Positions 52,325-60,802 of a stretch of 64,000 nt of DNA are shown here, piece after piece. Location: contig JABMNI010000021.1 of assembly GCA_013204605.1 (NCBI GenBank), positions 6,424 to 70,423 of the forward strand, in the 5' to 3' direction. Numbering within the stretch: position 1 is the first letter of the stretch; every line of letters begins with the position of its first letter. This DNA comes from Ignavibacteria bacterium (GTDB lineage: Bacteria > Bacteroidota > Ignavibacteria > Kapaibacteriales > Kapaibacteriaceae). The notes below the pieces were generated by a model. It was not told the origin of the DNA and did not search any database. It was given only the letters and a program-made list of their open reading frames with translations. The position numbers were made by a program, and so were the translations under genes.

Positions 52325-52782
52325 TGGCTATTGATATTATCTTGTTAAGACACGCCACGGCGGCCTCGAAAGCTCGAAGTCAGTCTGACAAAGAACGTGA
52401 ACTAACGGATCACGGCAAGATAGAAGCGTCTAAAATGTTCGACGCCGTTCGCTGCTTTACAAAGCAACCGATGACAGTCGTATGCAGTCCGTATTTACGA
52501 GCAATTCAAACTGCCAGCTATTTCGACAAGAATCCAAACATCGATGCACGATTAGGTGCAGAGCGGAGTTCTCGAGACTTATTGAGTGTGATTCGGGAAT
52601 TCGGAACCGAACAAGAAACACTTTTGATTATTGGTCATTCACCTGTCCTGGGTGAAGCTGCTGCAGCCATGGTTGGAGCATCTGAAACCGGAATTGCATA
52701 CGGACCGGCCACCGCAGTTTTCATTCAAATTGGTTCTACAACTCTACTTCATGGCGTGATTACTGGAGTGCTTGCCCCATGA
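52324..52782 (+). CDS. sixA: SixA-like phosphohistidine phosphatase
   Basis: LLRHATA, RELTDHG, SPYLRAIQTA, IGHSP. Confidence 0.82.
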   Translation: MAIDIILLRHATAASKARSQSDKERELTDHGKIEASKMFDAVRCFTKQPMTVVCSPYLRAIQTASYFDKNPNIDARLGAERSSRDLLSVIREFGTEQETLLIIGHSPVLGEAAAAMVGASETGIAYGPATAVFIQIGSTTLLHGVITGVLAP

Positions 52783-53120
52783 ATGTTAATCCAAACGTAG
52801 CCATCCAACTCTAAAACCGGATAGGTAGAAACGCCCCTGCCTTGCGTCAAATTCTCACCGGTTACCACATTGTATCTCCTGCCGTGCAATGGGCACGTAA
52901 CCACTGCACCATCCACAAAGCCCGTTGATAAAACAGAAGCGCGTTTGTGCGGGCATACATTTGAAATAGCGTACACCACATTTTCCATCCTAAAAAATGC
53001 TACATCGTGTTCAATTTCAAACTCGATGTGAAGGGGGCTTCGTGTTGACACTTCAATGCTTTTACAAACTCTGACGTATTCTTTTCCACCCACCATAATG
53101 GCTGGACGATCAGTTATCAT
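52749..53120 (-). CDS. Rieske [2Fe-2S] ferredoxin (NirD-like)
   Basis: CPH...CPLH motifs. Confidence 0.88.
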   Translation of the reverse strand: MITDRPAIMVGGKEYVRVCKSIEVSTRSPLHIEFEIEHDVAFFRMENVVYAISNVCPHKRASVLSTGFVDGAVVTCPLHGRRYNVVTGENLTQGRGVSTYPVLELDGYVWINIHGASTPVITP

Positions 53121-53973
53121 ATTCGGTAATTATAATGTCGTCGGAAAGTTGTGGACCCTTTACTCCTTGGACAATACGTGCTGCCTGCCGCAACGCATCG
53201 TGCTCGAAAACTACTATCCATTCTTCCTCAATAATCCTCGGCAAATACTTTTGTTTTTCCAAAAGTGTAGTTAACGGAAAATTGTCGTAGGCCATACCAT
53301 AAGCTATGGGAACGTGGGCTCCAGTTGGCATCAGATCGGCTGGATAAAAAAGTGTTTTGTTACCACTTGTGATGCGAACAGTTTGCATGGCCTTTGTGTG
53401 CCCGTAAACGCGCTCAACAAAAATGCCGTCGAACACCTCGGTCTCGCCCTCCACCAAATCCAAAACCTTATGTTCTTCTAAAGGCATGAACATACTTGCT
53501 ATGAATGAGGCTCTATCCTTTGGCGTAGCGTCCTGAGCATATTGGAAGTGCTCGGTTTGAACAATGTATCTCGCATTTGTAAATCGCGGAAACAAACCGT
53601 CATCGTTAGTCACAACAGCACCACCCACGTGATCAAAGTGGAGATGTGTGAGCAGCACATGTGTAACATCGTGAGCTGAAATTCCAAGGCCGGCAAGCGA
53701 CCTTTCAATTGAAAATTGATCGAAAGAAATTCCATAAATGGACTGTTCTTTCTCTGACATAAATGGACTATTTCCGGTGTCGACCAATATCGTATTTGTG
53801 CCATCCCGCAGCAACAATGCCTTTGCCGCCATTGGTATTCTATTTTTTTCGTCGGCTTTTGTATACGATCGTTCCCACAACGCTTTGGGAACAACTCCAA
53901 ACATTGCTCCGCCATCTAAACCAAAACGGCCCGACTCAATTACATCGACTGAATAATTTCCAATTTTAATCAT
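53110..53973 (-). CDS. MBL-fold metallo-hydrolase (YtnP-like)
   Basis: LDGGAMFGVVPK, THLHFDHVGG, GHT, FEHD. Confidence 0.9.
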   Translation of the reverse strand: MIKIGNYSVDVIESGRFGLDGGAMFGVVPKALWERSYTKADEKNRIPMAAKALLLRDGTNTILVDTGNSPFMSEKEQSIYGISFDQFSIERSLAGLGISAHDVTHVLLTHLHFDHVGGAVVTNDDGLFPRFTNARYIVQTEHFQYAQDATPKDRASFIASMFMPLEEHKVLDLVEGETEVFDGIFVERVYGHTKAMQTVRITSGNKTLFYPADLMPTGAHVPIAYGMAYDNFPLTTLLEKQKYLPRIIEEEWIVVFEHDALRQAARIVQGVKGPQLSDDIIITEYDN

Positions 53974-54808
53974 CAAAAACAAACACCGATTCGTGATAAA
54001 ATCGAGCTTTTTTGCTCATTACTTTTTCTGTGATCCATGACTGCAACCATACATTTTTTTCTTCTGTCGACAAATTATTCATCATAAGCTCAATTGGCAC
54101 GTTTACATTTAACGCGCGGCCGGAAATTAAGTGTCGAGTTATTCCAGCAGGCAACACATTCTTTGATTTTGCAAACTGAATAATTTGAGTTGGAGTGAAC
54201 GTTGGGAACATTACCACGCCGGCACCCGGCTCCTTTTTACTAACAACTTCCATTAAGTCTTCATTTACAATCCGGTGAATTTCACCGGCACCACCGTATA
54301 TGGTCACCACCTGTCTTAACGTAGCTGCATACTCCTCCAAAGTTCGTTCACCTGGACTAAGCAAAACTACAGCCTCAACTTTGCTGGTGGTTATACCTAA
54401 ACACGCTTCACCACTAACTAGCAACTCTCTCGCCGCTTCGACGCTTACCGTTGATTTGGGGAAATGGTGTTGTTGAATATAGTTAATGACGTCTTTTGCC
54501 AGATTTGGCTTTAAAACGTGGTACCATGACCCAATCGCGGCCGACTTGGTGCCGTATGGTACAATTTGCACCGCAATATGTGGGATTTTCCTGTTTCTCA
54601 TCGCCGTAGTCCTCGTGGCTCCGTCAAGAACAACGTACTCGCCATCGCCCGCTTCTGCTACGATAGGCGGGTTACGCAATATAGACGACTGTGAGATCAA
54701 ACCATCCAAACGATTAACACGGTGTGGATCGGATTCTTCGTGCAGGATTACGCAGTCAATTGGCACTATTTCCAGCCGCAATTGCCGGACGTCAATTTTT
54801 GTTTCCAT
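53966..54808 (-). CDS. SbnI/SerK-like ParB/Srx-fold free serine kinase (putative)
   Basis: LHEESD, LRNPPIV, YVVLDGATR, LPAGITRHLISGRALNVNVP, RFYHESVFVF; colinear with S. aureus SbnI as I recall it. Confidence 0.72.
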   Translation of the reverse strand: METKIDVRQLRLEIVPIDCVILHEESDPHRVNRLDGLISQSSILRNPPIVAEAGDGEYVVLDGATRTTAMRNRKIPHIAVQIVPYGTKSAAIGSWYHVLKPNLAKDVINYIQQHHFPKSTVSVEAARELLVSGEACLGITTSKVEAVVLLSPGERTLEEYAATLRQVVTIYGGAGEIHRIVNEDLMEVVSKKEPGAGVVMFPTFTPTQIIQFAKSKNVLPAGITRHLISGRALNVNVPIELMMNNLSTEEKNVWLQSWITEKVMSKKARFYHESVFVFDD

Positions 54809-54812
54809 TTTG

Positions 54813-54844
54813 CAAAACTACGTCAGCCCCCTTTCGTATCTTTG
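54813..54844. promoter_or_regulatory. Divergent -7 elements (minus TAGTTTTG 54813-54820; plus TATCTTTG 54837-54844)
   Basis: Two TAnnTTTG matches facing the divergent genes. Confidence 0.65.
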
Positions 54845-54910
54845 TGGTTTCGCCGTAAGGCAACAAAAACTAAGTATTAAGCTATTCAGTAGTATGGAGT
54901 TACGACACCC

Positions 54911-57070
54911 ATGGGTGCCATTACAAAGATCCGACAGTTAAGCCCGTATTTTCTGGCGACAGTAGGCGTGTTATTTATCGCCTTTATGGTTATTCAAGAT
55001 TCAAGCTGCCAAGGCTCCCGCGATGCCCGAAGGTCTGCCGAGCAGATCGTAGTTGCGGAGATAAATGGGGATGAAATCTCACTTGCAGATTTCGAAACCA
55101 GAGTGCGAGATGTGATTGAAAATCAGCGCTCACAAAACCCTGGCCAAGAGATTGACGATGAACAAGTCCGTCAACAAATCTTCGACGAAATGATCAACGA
55201 AGTTCTGCGAAGTCAAGAAGCAACAAAGATGGGTCTTCATGTTAGCAAACAAGAATTGATCGATGCAATGGTTCTAAACCCATCCGAACAATTGCAATTT
55301 TTCAAGGATTCCACCGGAAAATTCCGAAAAGCTTTTTATCAAGACCTCGTTACAAACCCTGATAAAATTGGAGAGTTGTACGCTCAGCAAGGAATGCCTG
55401 CCGAGGATGTAGCTCGCGAAGTGGCCAATTGGAAAAAAATGCTAATTCAGATCGCTGATGGCTTACGCACGCAGAAGCTTGAAGAAGCTTTAAAGGCTGC
55501 CATAGGTGCTTGTGCTTCGAATATTTCGCCAACTCATGTTGAATTGGATTATAAGTTGAACAACTCCACAACAGATGTTCAGTTTGTAGCCTTGGATATT
55601 AATCGGATTTCAGACGACGCGGTTAAAGTATCGGACGAGGAAATTCAGAAGTATTACGACTTAAACAAACAGTATTACGAACAGAAACCCGCAAGAAAAA
55701 TCAAGTATGCGATTTTTCCTCAATTAGCAAGTGCGAAGGATACGGCCAATGCTACCAAACGTTCAGCTCGGTTGCAAACTGCCTTTTCGGCGCTAGTCAC
55801 AGTAGAGCAAAAAGACTCAGTTTTCAATGTCGAAATGAATGCCTTGAATGGCGAGAGTTTCGATTTTAAAAGTGCTAATGACTTGGACCCCAGTACACTA
55901 ACTATTCTTCAGAGCCTCACGCCAAAAGACGTTTTTGGTCCACTGAACGTGGGCGATGGTATTGTATACCTGCGTTTGGACGAACGCAGAGAAGGCGTGA
56001 ATCCGACCGTAAGATCAAGCCATATCCTGATAAATTTTGGAACGAACAAGGACTCTGCTAAAGCGGTGGCAAACAAGGTAATGGGTCGAGCGAAAAAAGG
56101 CGAAGACTTTGGTGCCTTAGCAACAGAATTTTCGAAAGATCCGGGATCGGCTGCTCAAGGGGGCGATCTGGGATATTTTGGAAAAGGCCGAATGGTAAAA
56201 GAATTTGAGGAAGCAGCGTTTGCAGCGTCTATTGGCGAAGTGGTTGGTCCAGTTGAATCTCAGTTTGGATACCATATAATTAAAGTCACTGACCGTCAAA
56301 ACGTCGAATTGAAGTATTCTGAAATTAAAATCAAGCCTAGTATTTCTTCAGGAACAAAGCAGCAGATAATTGCAAAAGCTGCTCAGACTGCAAAGCAAAT
56401 TGAAGACGGCTCTCCATTTGATTCAGTTTTAGCATCACTTAAAATGAAATCAACAGAGTCTCCTTTCTTCAATAATCAGACTCCAGTTCTCAGTTCACGT
56501 GAACTAATGTCTTGGGCCTTTGAAAATGAAAAAGGTGCAGTTTTGCGAAAAGATGTTAAGAATTACGGAATTGTAGTAGCACAGATCTCTGAAACTCGCG
56601 AAGTTGGAATAAAACAACTTGAAGATGTTAAGGATCAAATAACGTCGAAGCTTATGAAAGCTAAAAAGTTAGACGCACTAAAGGGAATGGCTGAGAGTAT
56701 TGCAGCTTCAGCACAGTCGGCAGGTTCATTGTTGGGTGTTAGTTCTGTAGACACTACTCTGGAAGTAAAGACAATGACTCAGTGTCGGAACAATGGGCAG
56801 CTTCAGGGGTATGGCGGCGAATACGTTGCAACTCAAGCAGCGTTTAGCACCCCTGTGGGGTCAGTTAGCAAAGCAGTTCGTGGCGAACGCGCTTGGTTTG
56901 TTGTAGCACCTCAATCACGAGTTGAGGCTGACATGAATGCCTTTAAAAACGACAAACTTGCGGCGACACAAAACCTTGCGGCTCAGGCTCGTGGCAATGC
57001 CTATTATTCTTGGTTCCAAAAAGTTCGCGAGAACGCCGATGTGGTTGACAAACGAAACAATCGTGATTAG
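54911..57070 (+). CDS. PpiD/SurA-like peptidylprolyl isomerase
   Basis: N-terminal TM, SurA_N-like region, parvulin SHILI..FSKDPGSAAQGGDLG..MVKEFE..FGYHII. Confidence 0.92.
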   Translation: MGAITKIRQLSPYFLATVGVLFIAFMVIQDSSCQGSRDARRSAEQIVVAEINGDEISLADFETRVRDVIENQRSQNPGQEIDDEQVRQQIFDEMINEVLRSQEATKMGLHVSKQELIDAMVLNPSEQLQFFKDSTGKFRKAFYQDLVTNPDKIGELYAQQGMPAEDVAREVANWKKMLIQIADGLRTQKLEEALKAAIGACASNISPTHVELDYKLNNSTTDVQFVALDINRISDDAVKVSDEEIQKYYDLNKQYYEQKPARKIKYAIFPQLASAKDTANATKRSARLQTAFSALVTVEQKDSVFNVEMNALNGESFDFKSANDLDPSTLTILQSLTPKDVFGPLNVGDGIVYLRLDERREGVNPTVRSSHILINFGTNKDSAKAVANKVMGRAKKGEDFGALATEFSKDPGSAAQGGDLGYFGKGRMVKEFEEAAFAASIGEVVGPVESQFGYHIIKVTDRQNVELKYSEIKIKPSISSGTKQQIIAKAAQTAKQIEDGSPFDSVLASLKMKSTESPFFNNQTPVLSSRELMSWAFENEKGAVLRKDVKNYGIVVAQISETREVGIKQLEDVKDQITSKLMKAKKLDALKGMAESIAASAQSAGSLLGVSSVDTTLEVKTMTQCRNNGQLQGYGGEYVATQAAFSTPVGSVSKAVRGERAWFVVAPQSRVEADMNAFKNDKLAATQNLAAQARGNAYYSWFQKVRENADVVDKRNNRD

Positions 57071-57078
57071 TAGATCTT

Positions 57079-57924
57079 TTGAAACCGGACGTCCTACAAT
57101 TAATTGAGTCATCCGGTGGACGTGAGAAAGTTTACTCGGTTACTGAGGCATATGCTTGGTGCTTGAACCTTGCCTCAACCCACTACGAAAATTTTCCAGT
57201 TGCGAGCCGGTTTTTACCGGCTCGCATGCGTTTACACGTGACCGCCGTGTATGCGTTTGCAAGGTTTGCCGACGATGTTGCAGATGAACCTTGGACAACT
57301 GACCCAAAAGCACGTCTGGATACCTTAGATCTCATCGGTACGGCCTTAGTTGGCACTATAAACACTCACGGCCACCCAATATTCATGGCGCTGCACGCAA
57401 CAATTGCTCAGCTACAACTACCACTTAGCCCCTTTCAAAAACTTATCAGTGCATTCAAACAAGATGTGACTTTTACACCTCCTAACACTTGGGATGATGT
57501 GATGGACTATTGTGCGCGGAGTGCTAATCCCGTTGGTGAACTAGTTTTGCGAATTGCGGACGAAGGAAGCGAAAGTGCAATTAAATTTAGCAACGACATT
57601 TGTACGGGGCTGCAGATAATCAATTTCGTGCAAGACACTTCAGTTGATTTAGCGCGTGGTAGAAAAACGTATCCCGGTGATGCCGCTGCAGCTATTGAAA
57701 TTGCAAAGGGGCTTTTTGTTAGCGGACTACGAGTAGTGAATAGTGTGAAGAATTTCCGACTCAGATTGGAGTTGAAATTCATTATTGCTGGTGGCATTCG
57801 AGTTACTGAGTTATGCCAGGAGCTTGGATCAAAAATTACAACCCAGCGTCCCGCTATTAGACGAACTGATTATCTTCGTATACTATTTCGAGTTGTCAAC
57901 GGCAGTTGGCGGAAAATTTCATGA
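57079..57924 (+). CDS. hpnC: Squalene synthase HpnC
   Basis: HYENFPVAS, YAFARFADDVADE, YCARSANPVG, LQIINFVQD. Confidence 0.88.
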   Translation: MKPDVLQLIESSGGREKVYSVTEAYAWCLNLASTHYENFPVASRFLPARMRLHVTAVYAFARFADDVADEPWTTDPKARLDTLDLIGTALVGTINTHGHPIFMALHATIAQLQLPLSPFQKLISAFKQDVTFTPPNTWDDVMDYCARSANPVGELVLRIADEGSESAIKFSNDICTGLQIINFVQDTSVDLARGRKTYPGDAAAAIEIAKGLFVSGLRVVNSVKNFRLRLELKFIIAGGIRVTELCQELGSKITTQRPAIRRTDYLRILFRVVNGSWRKIS

Positions 57925-58811
57925 GTTCGCATTTCTATAACAAGGCCGAAGATTCAGCCGTTCTTTCCTCGCAAGGATCGACGAGTTTCCATTATTCGTT
58001 CACCTTCCTTTCACGTGAAGAACGCCACGCAATCAATGCGGTATACGCGTTTTGTAGGCGTATTGATGACATTGTGGACGAAGAAGTGGCGGCAACTCCC
58101 ATTGAGGTGCAACTGAAATTGGATAGGTTGAATTGGTGGCGTTTAGAGATAAACAATGTATACGATGGTTCTTCCACAAGCAAATTAGTCGCACCCTTGG
58201 CACAAGTGGTTCAGCGTTTCGGAATACCTAAGCAATATCTGCTAACGTTGATAGATGGCTGCGAACGTGACTTGTACCAAAAGAGATATAAGACCTTCGG
58301 TGAGTTGAAGGAATATTGCTACGCTGTAGCTAGCATAGTTGGACTGATATGCATTGAGATTTTTGGATACAAGCATGAGGAAACTCGCAACTATGCTATC
58401 AATCTTGGATATGCTCTGCAGCTAACAAATATTTTGCGGGATGTAAAGGCTGATAAAGATCGAGGATTTATTTATTTGCCGTTAGAGGACTTAGATAGAT
58501 TTAAATATTCCGAATCTGACCTTAAGAGCGAGATTTACAATGAACGCTTTGTTGATTTGATGTCTTTCCAAGCCAGTCGGGCACGTGAGTATTACCACAA
58601 AGCGCGCACCCTGCTGCGTCCGGATGAAAGGTCATCGATGGTTGCTGCCGAGATTATGGACGCCATCTATCACCGCTTGTTAGAAAAGATTGAGCTGTCG
58701 GAATTTCGTGTTTTTAACCGCCGCGTTAGAGTAAGTACTTCTCACAAAGTTCTAACGGCGTTTCGAATTTGGTTAGGAAATAAATTATTTGTGCGCCGAA
58801 TGATAGGCTAG
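57921..58811 (+). CDS. hpnD: Presqualene diphosphate synthase HpnD (phytoene/squalene synthase family)
   Basis: SFHYSF, YAFCRRIDDIVDE, LQLTNILRDV; ATGA overlap with hpnC. Confidence 0.85.
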   Translation: MSSHFYNKAEDSAVLSSQGSTSFHYSFTFLSREERHAINAVYAFCRRIDDIVDEEVAATPIEVQLKLDRLNWWRLEINNVYDGSSTSKLVAPLAQVVQRFGIPKQYLLTLIDGCERDLYQKRYKTFGELKEYCYAVASIVGLICIEIFGYKHEETRNYAINLGYALQLTNILRDVKADKDRGFIYLPLEDLDRFKYSESDLKSEIYNERFVDLMSFQASRAREYYHKARTLLRPDERSSMVAAEIMDAIYHRLLEKIELSEFRVFNRRVRVSTSHKVLTAFRIWLGNKLFVRRMIG

Positions 58812-58861
58812 CAAGTTCGACCTTCTTATTTTTGTCAGTATTGTAACACCCAGAGGCAGTC

Positions 58862-59335
58862 ATGACGCATTCTTTCAGCACGGAAGAACTCTCCGAAATC
58901 ACAAAATTGAAGTCTCAATATCCTGACGCAAAGGCAGCAATTATGCCTGTGCTATGGATGGCTCAAAAAAAATGGGAATGGCTGTCGGAAGATGTGTTAC
59001 GAACCGTTGCAACGGTTATGGAACTCCCCTACGCTCATGTTCTTGGAGTTGCTTCGTTCTACACAATGTACTACAAAAAACCAATGGGACGCCACCATGT
59101 TCAAGTGTGCACCAACGTATCATGCATGCTAAGAGGCGGCGCCGAGTTGTACGCGGACGTTAAGGGAAAACTTGGCGTTGGCCACAACCAAACCACAGCA
59201 GATGGAAAGTACTCACTCGAAGAGGTTGAGTGCATGGGGGCATGCGGTGGAGCTCCAATGATTGCCATCAACGAACAGTTTTTTGAGAATGTGAATTCTG
59301 CAAAAGTCATGACTTTAATAGATGCCTGCGAATAG
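58862..59335 (+). CDS. nuoE: NADH:quinone oxidoreductase subunit E (thioredoxin-like 2Fe-2S)
   Basis: VASFYTMY, CTNVSC..ECMGAC; own TATTTTTG element at 58827-58834. Confidence 0.9.
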   Translation: MTHSFSTEELSEITKLKSQYPDAKAAIMPVLWMAQKKWEWLSEDVLRTVATVMELPYAHVLGVASFYTMYYKKPMGRHHVQVCTNVSCMLRGGAELYADVKGKLGVGHNQTTADGKYSLEEVECMGACGGAPMIAINEQFFENVNSAKVMTLIDACE

Positions 59336-59344
59336 AGGCATACC

Positions 59345-60721
59345 TCAACTCAAATATTCAAGCTTGGCGGTGAAGTGCCGTAGATATGGCGCTTGATACG
59401 TAAGTTTCATACCCTGAAGCTGAGATCGCTTTTCATAGACATCTGCAATAACCTCTATACAATAGTCAATGTGACTCTGTGTGTACACCCTTCTTGGAAT
59501 AGCCAAGCGAACTAGTTCATGTTCAGGTGCAACGTGGCGCCCATGTTCGTCTGACTTGCCAAACATTAAACTCCCAATTTCAACTGACCTGACTCCCCCC
59601 TCAATGTAAATTGCACAGGCTATTGACTGCCCTGGGAATTGCTCAGGTGGAATGTGCGTTGCAAACTTTTTCGCGTCCAAATAAATCGCGTGCCCACCCG
59701 GTGGCTCAATAAACGGTACGCCAAATGTCCGCAGTTGCTCTCCAAAATATTCCACTGTACGCAAACGATACTTTAGATAATCTTCGTTTACTACCTCTTC
59801 TAAACCCACTGCAATTGCCTCAAGATCTCTCCTAGCAAGTCCACCGTATGTTGGAAACCCTTCGGTGACGATCAGTATGGTTCTTGCGCGTTCAGCTAAA
59901 TCTGAATTGTTCATTGCAATAAACCCACCCGTATTCACCATTCCGTCTTTTTTTGCGCTCATTGTACACCCGTCTGCCAACAAAAACATTTCCTGCGCAA
60001 TGCTCAACACTGTCCTATTCTCATACCCCTGTTCGCGCATTTTGATAAACATAGAATTCTCGGCAAATCGGCAAGCATCTATAAACAGTGGAATGCCATA
60101 CTTAGTACAAATTTCCCGCACCGCCTTAATATTTGCCATCGAAACAGGCTGTCCTCCTCCACTATTGTTTGTGACCGTTATCATCACGATTGGAATAGCT
60201 GCAACACCCTCAGTCTTTATAAGTTCTTCCAGTGCTTCAACGTTTAAATTCCCCTTGAAGGGGGCTGAGTGGTCCGTACGCTTTGATTCGTCATACAAAA
60301 GGTCAACAGCTTTTGCACCAGAATATTCAACATTGGCTCGAGTAGTATCAAAGTGAGTGTTGTTCGGTACAATTTTCCCTTCGCCCCCTACCAAAGAAAA
60401 CAATATTTTCTCCGCAGCCCTTCCCTGGTGCGTTGGAATAATGTGAGTAAATCCCGTTAGTAATCGTACCTGATTTTCGAAGCGGAAAAAACTCTTTGAA
60501 CCGGCGTAGGCTTCATCGGCATCCATTATCACTCCCCACTGTTTTGAACTCATAGCGGTTGTGCCCGAATCTGTCAGCAAATCAATTAGCACATGCTCTG
60601 AACGTAGTAAGAATGGATTCAAAAATGCAGCGTCTAAATGAGAAGTGCGCTCTGCTTTTGTAGTAAAATGTAACGGTTCTACCGTCTTAATTTTGAAAGG
60701 TTCGATTAGGGTTCGGGTCAT
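59345..60721 (-). CDS. tnaA: Tryptophanase (beta-eliminating lyase)
   Basis: IDLLTDSGT, HQGRAAE, MSAKKD (PLP Lys); C-terminal LRHFTA (TnaA-type; tyrosine phenol-lyase has RFF). Confidence 0.87.
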   Translation of the reverse strand: MTRTLIEPFKIKTVEPLHFTTKAERTSHLDAAFLNPFLLRSEHVLIDLLTDSGTTAMSSKQWGVIMDADEAYAGSKSFFRFENQVRLLTGFTHIIPTHQGRAAEKILFSLVGGEGKIVPNNTHFDTTRANVEYSGAKAVDLLYDESKRTDHSAPFKGNLNVEALEELIKTEGVAAIPIVMITVTNNSGGGQPVSMANIKAVREICTKYGIPLFIDACRFAENSMFIKMREQGYENRTVLSIAQEMFLLADGCTMSAKKDGMVNTGGFIAMNNSDLAERARTILIVTEGFPTYGGLARRDLEAIAVGLEEVVNEDYLKYRLRTVEYFGEQLRTFGVPFIEPPGGHAIYLDAKKFATHIPPEQFPGQSIACAIYIEGGVRSVEIGSLMFGKSDEHGRHVAPEHELVRLAIPRRVYTQSHIDYCIEVIADVYEKRSQLQGMKLTYQAPYLRHFTAKLEYLS

Positions 60722-60802
60722 TATTTTTTGAATTGATAAATGGAGTTGATTGATTGGAGTGATTCATTAACCTCCCAAGATCTGTTATCACAATTCATCA
60801 CA

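Noticed and set aside
60721..60798. Canonical tnaC leader peptide
   Set aside because: Lacks the W12/D16/P24 spacing and the downstream spacer; kept only as a non-canonical uORF finding
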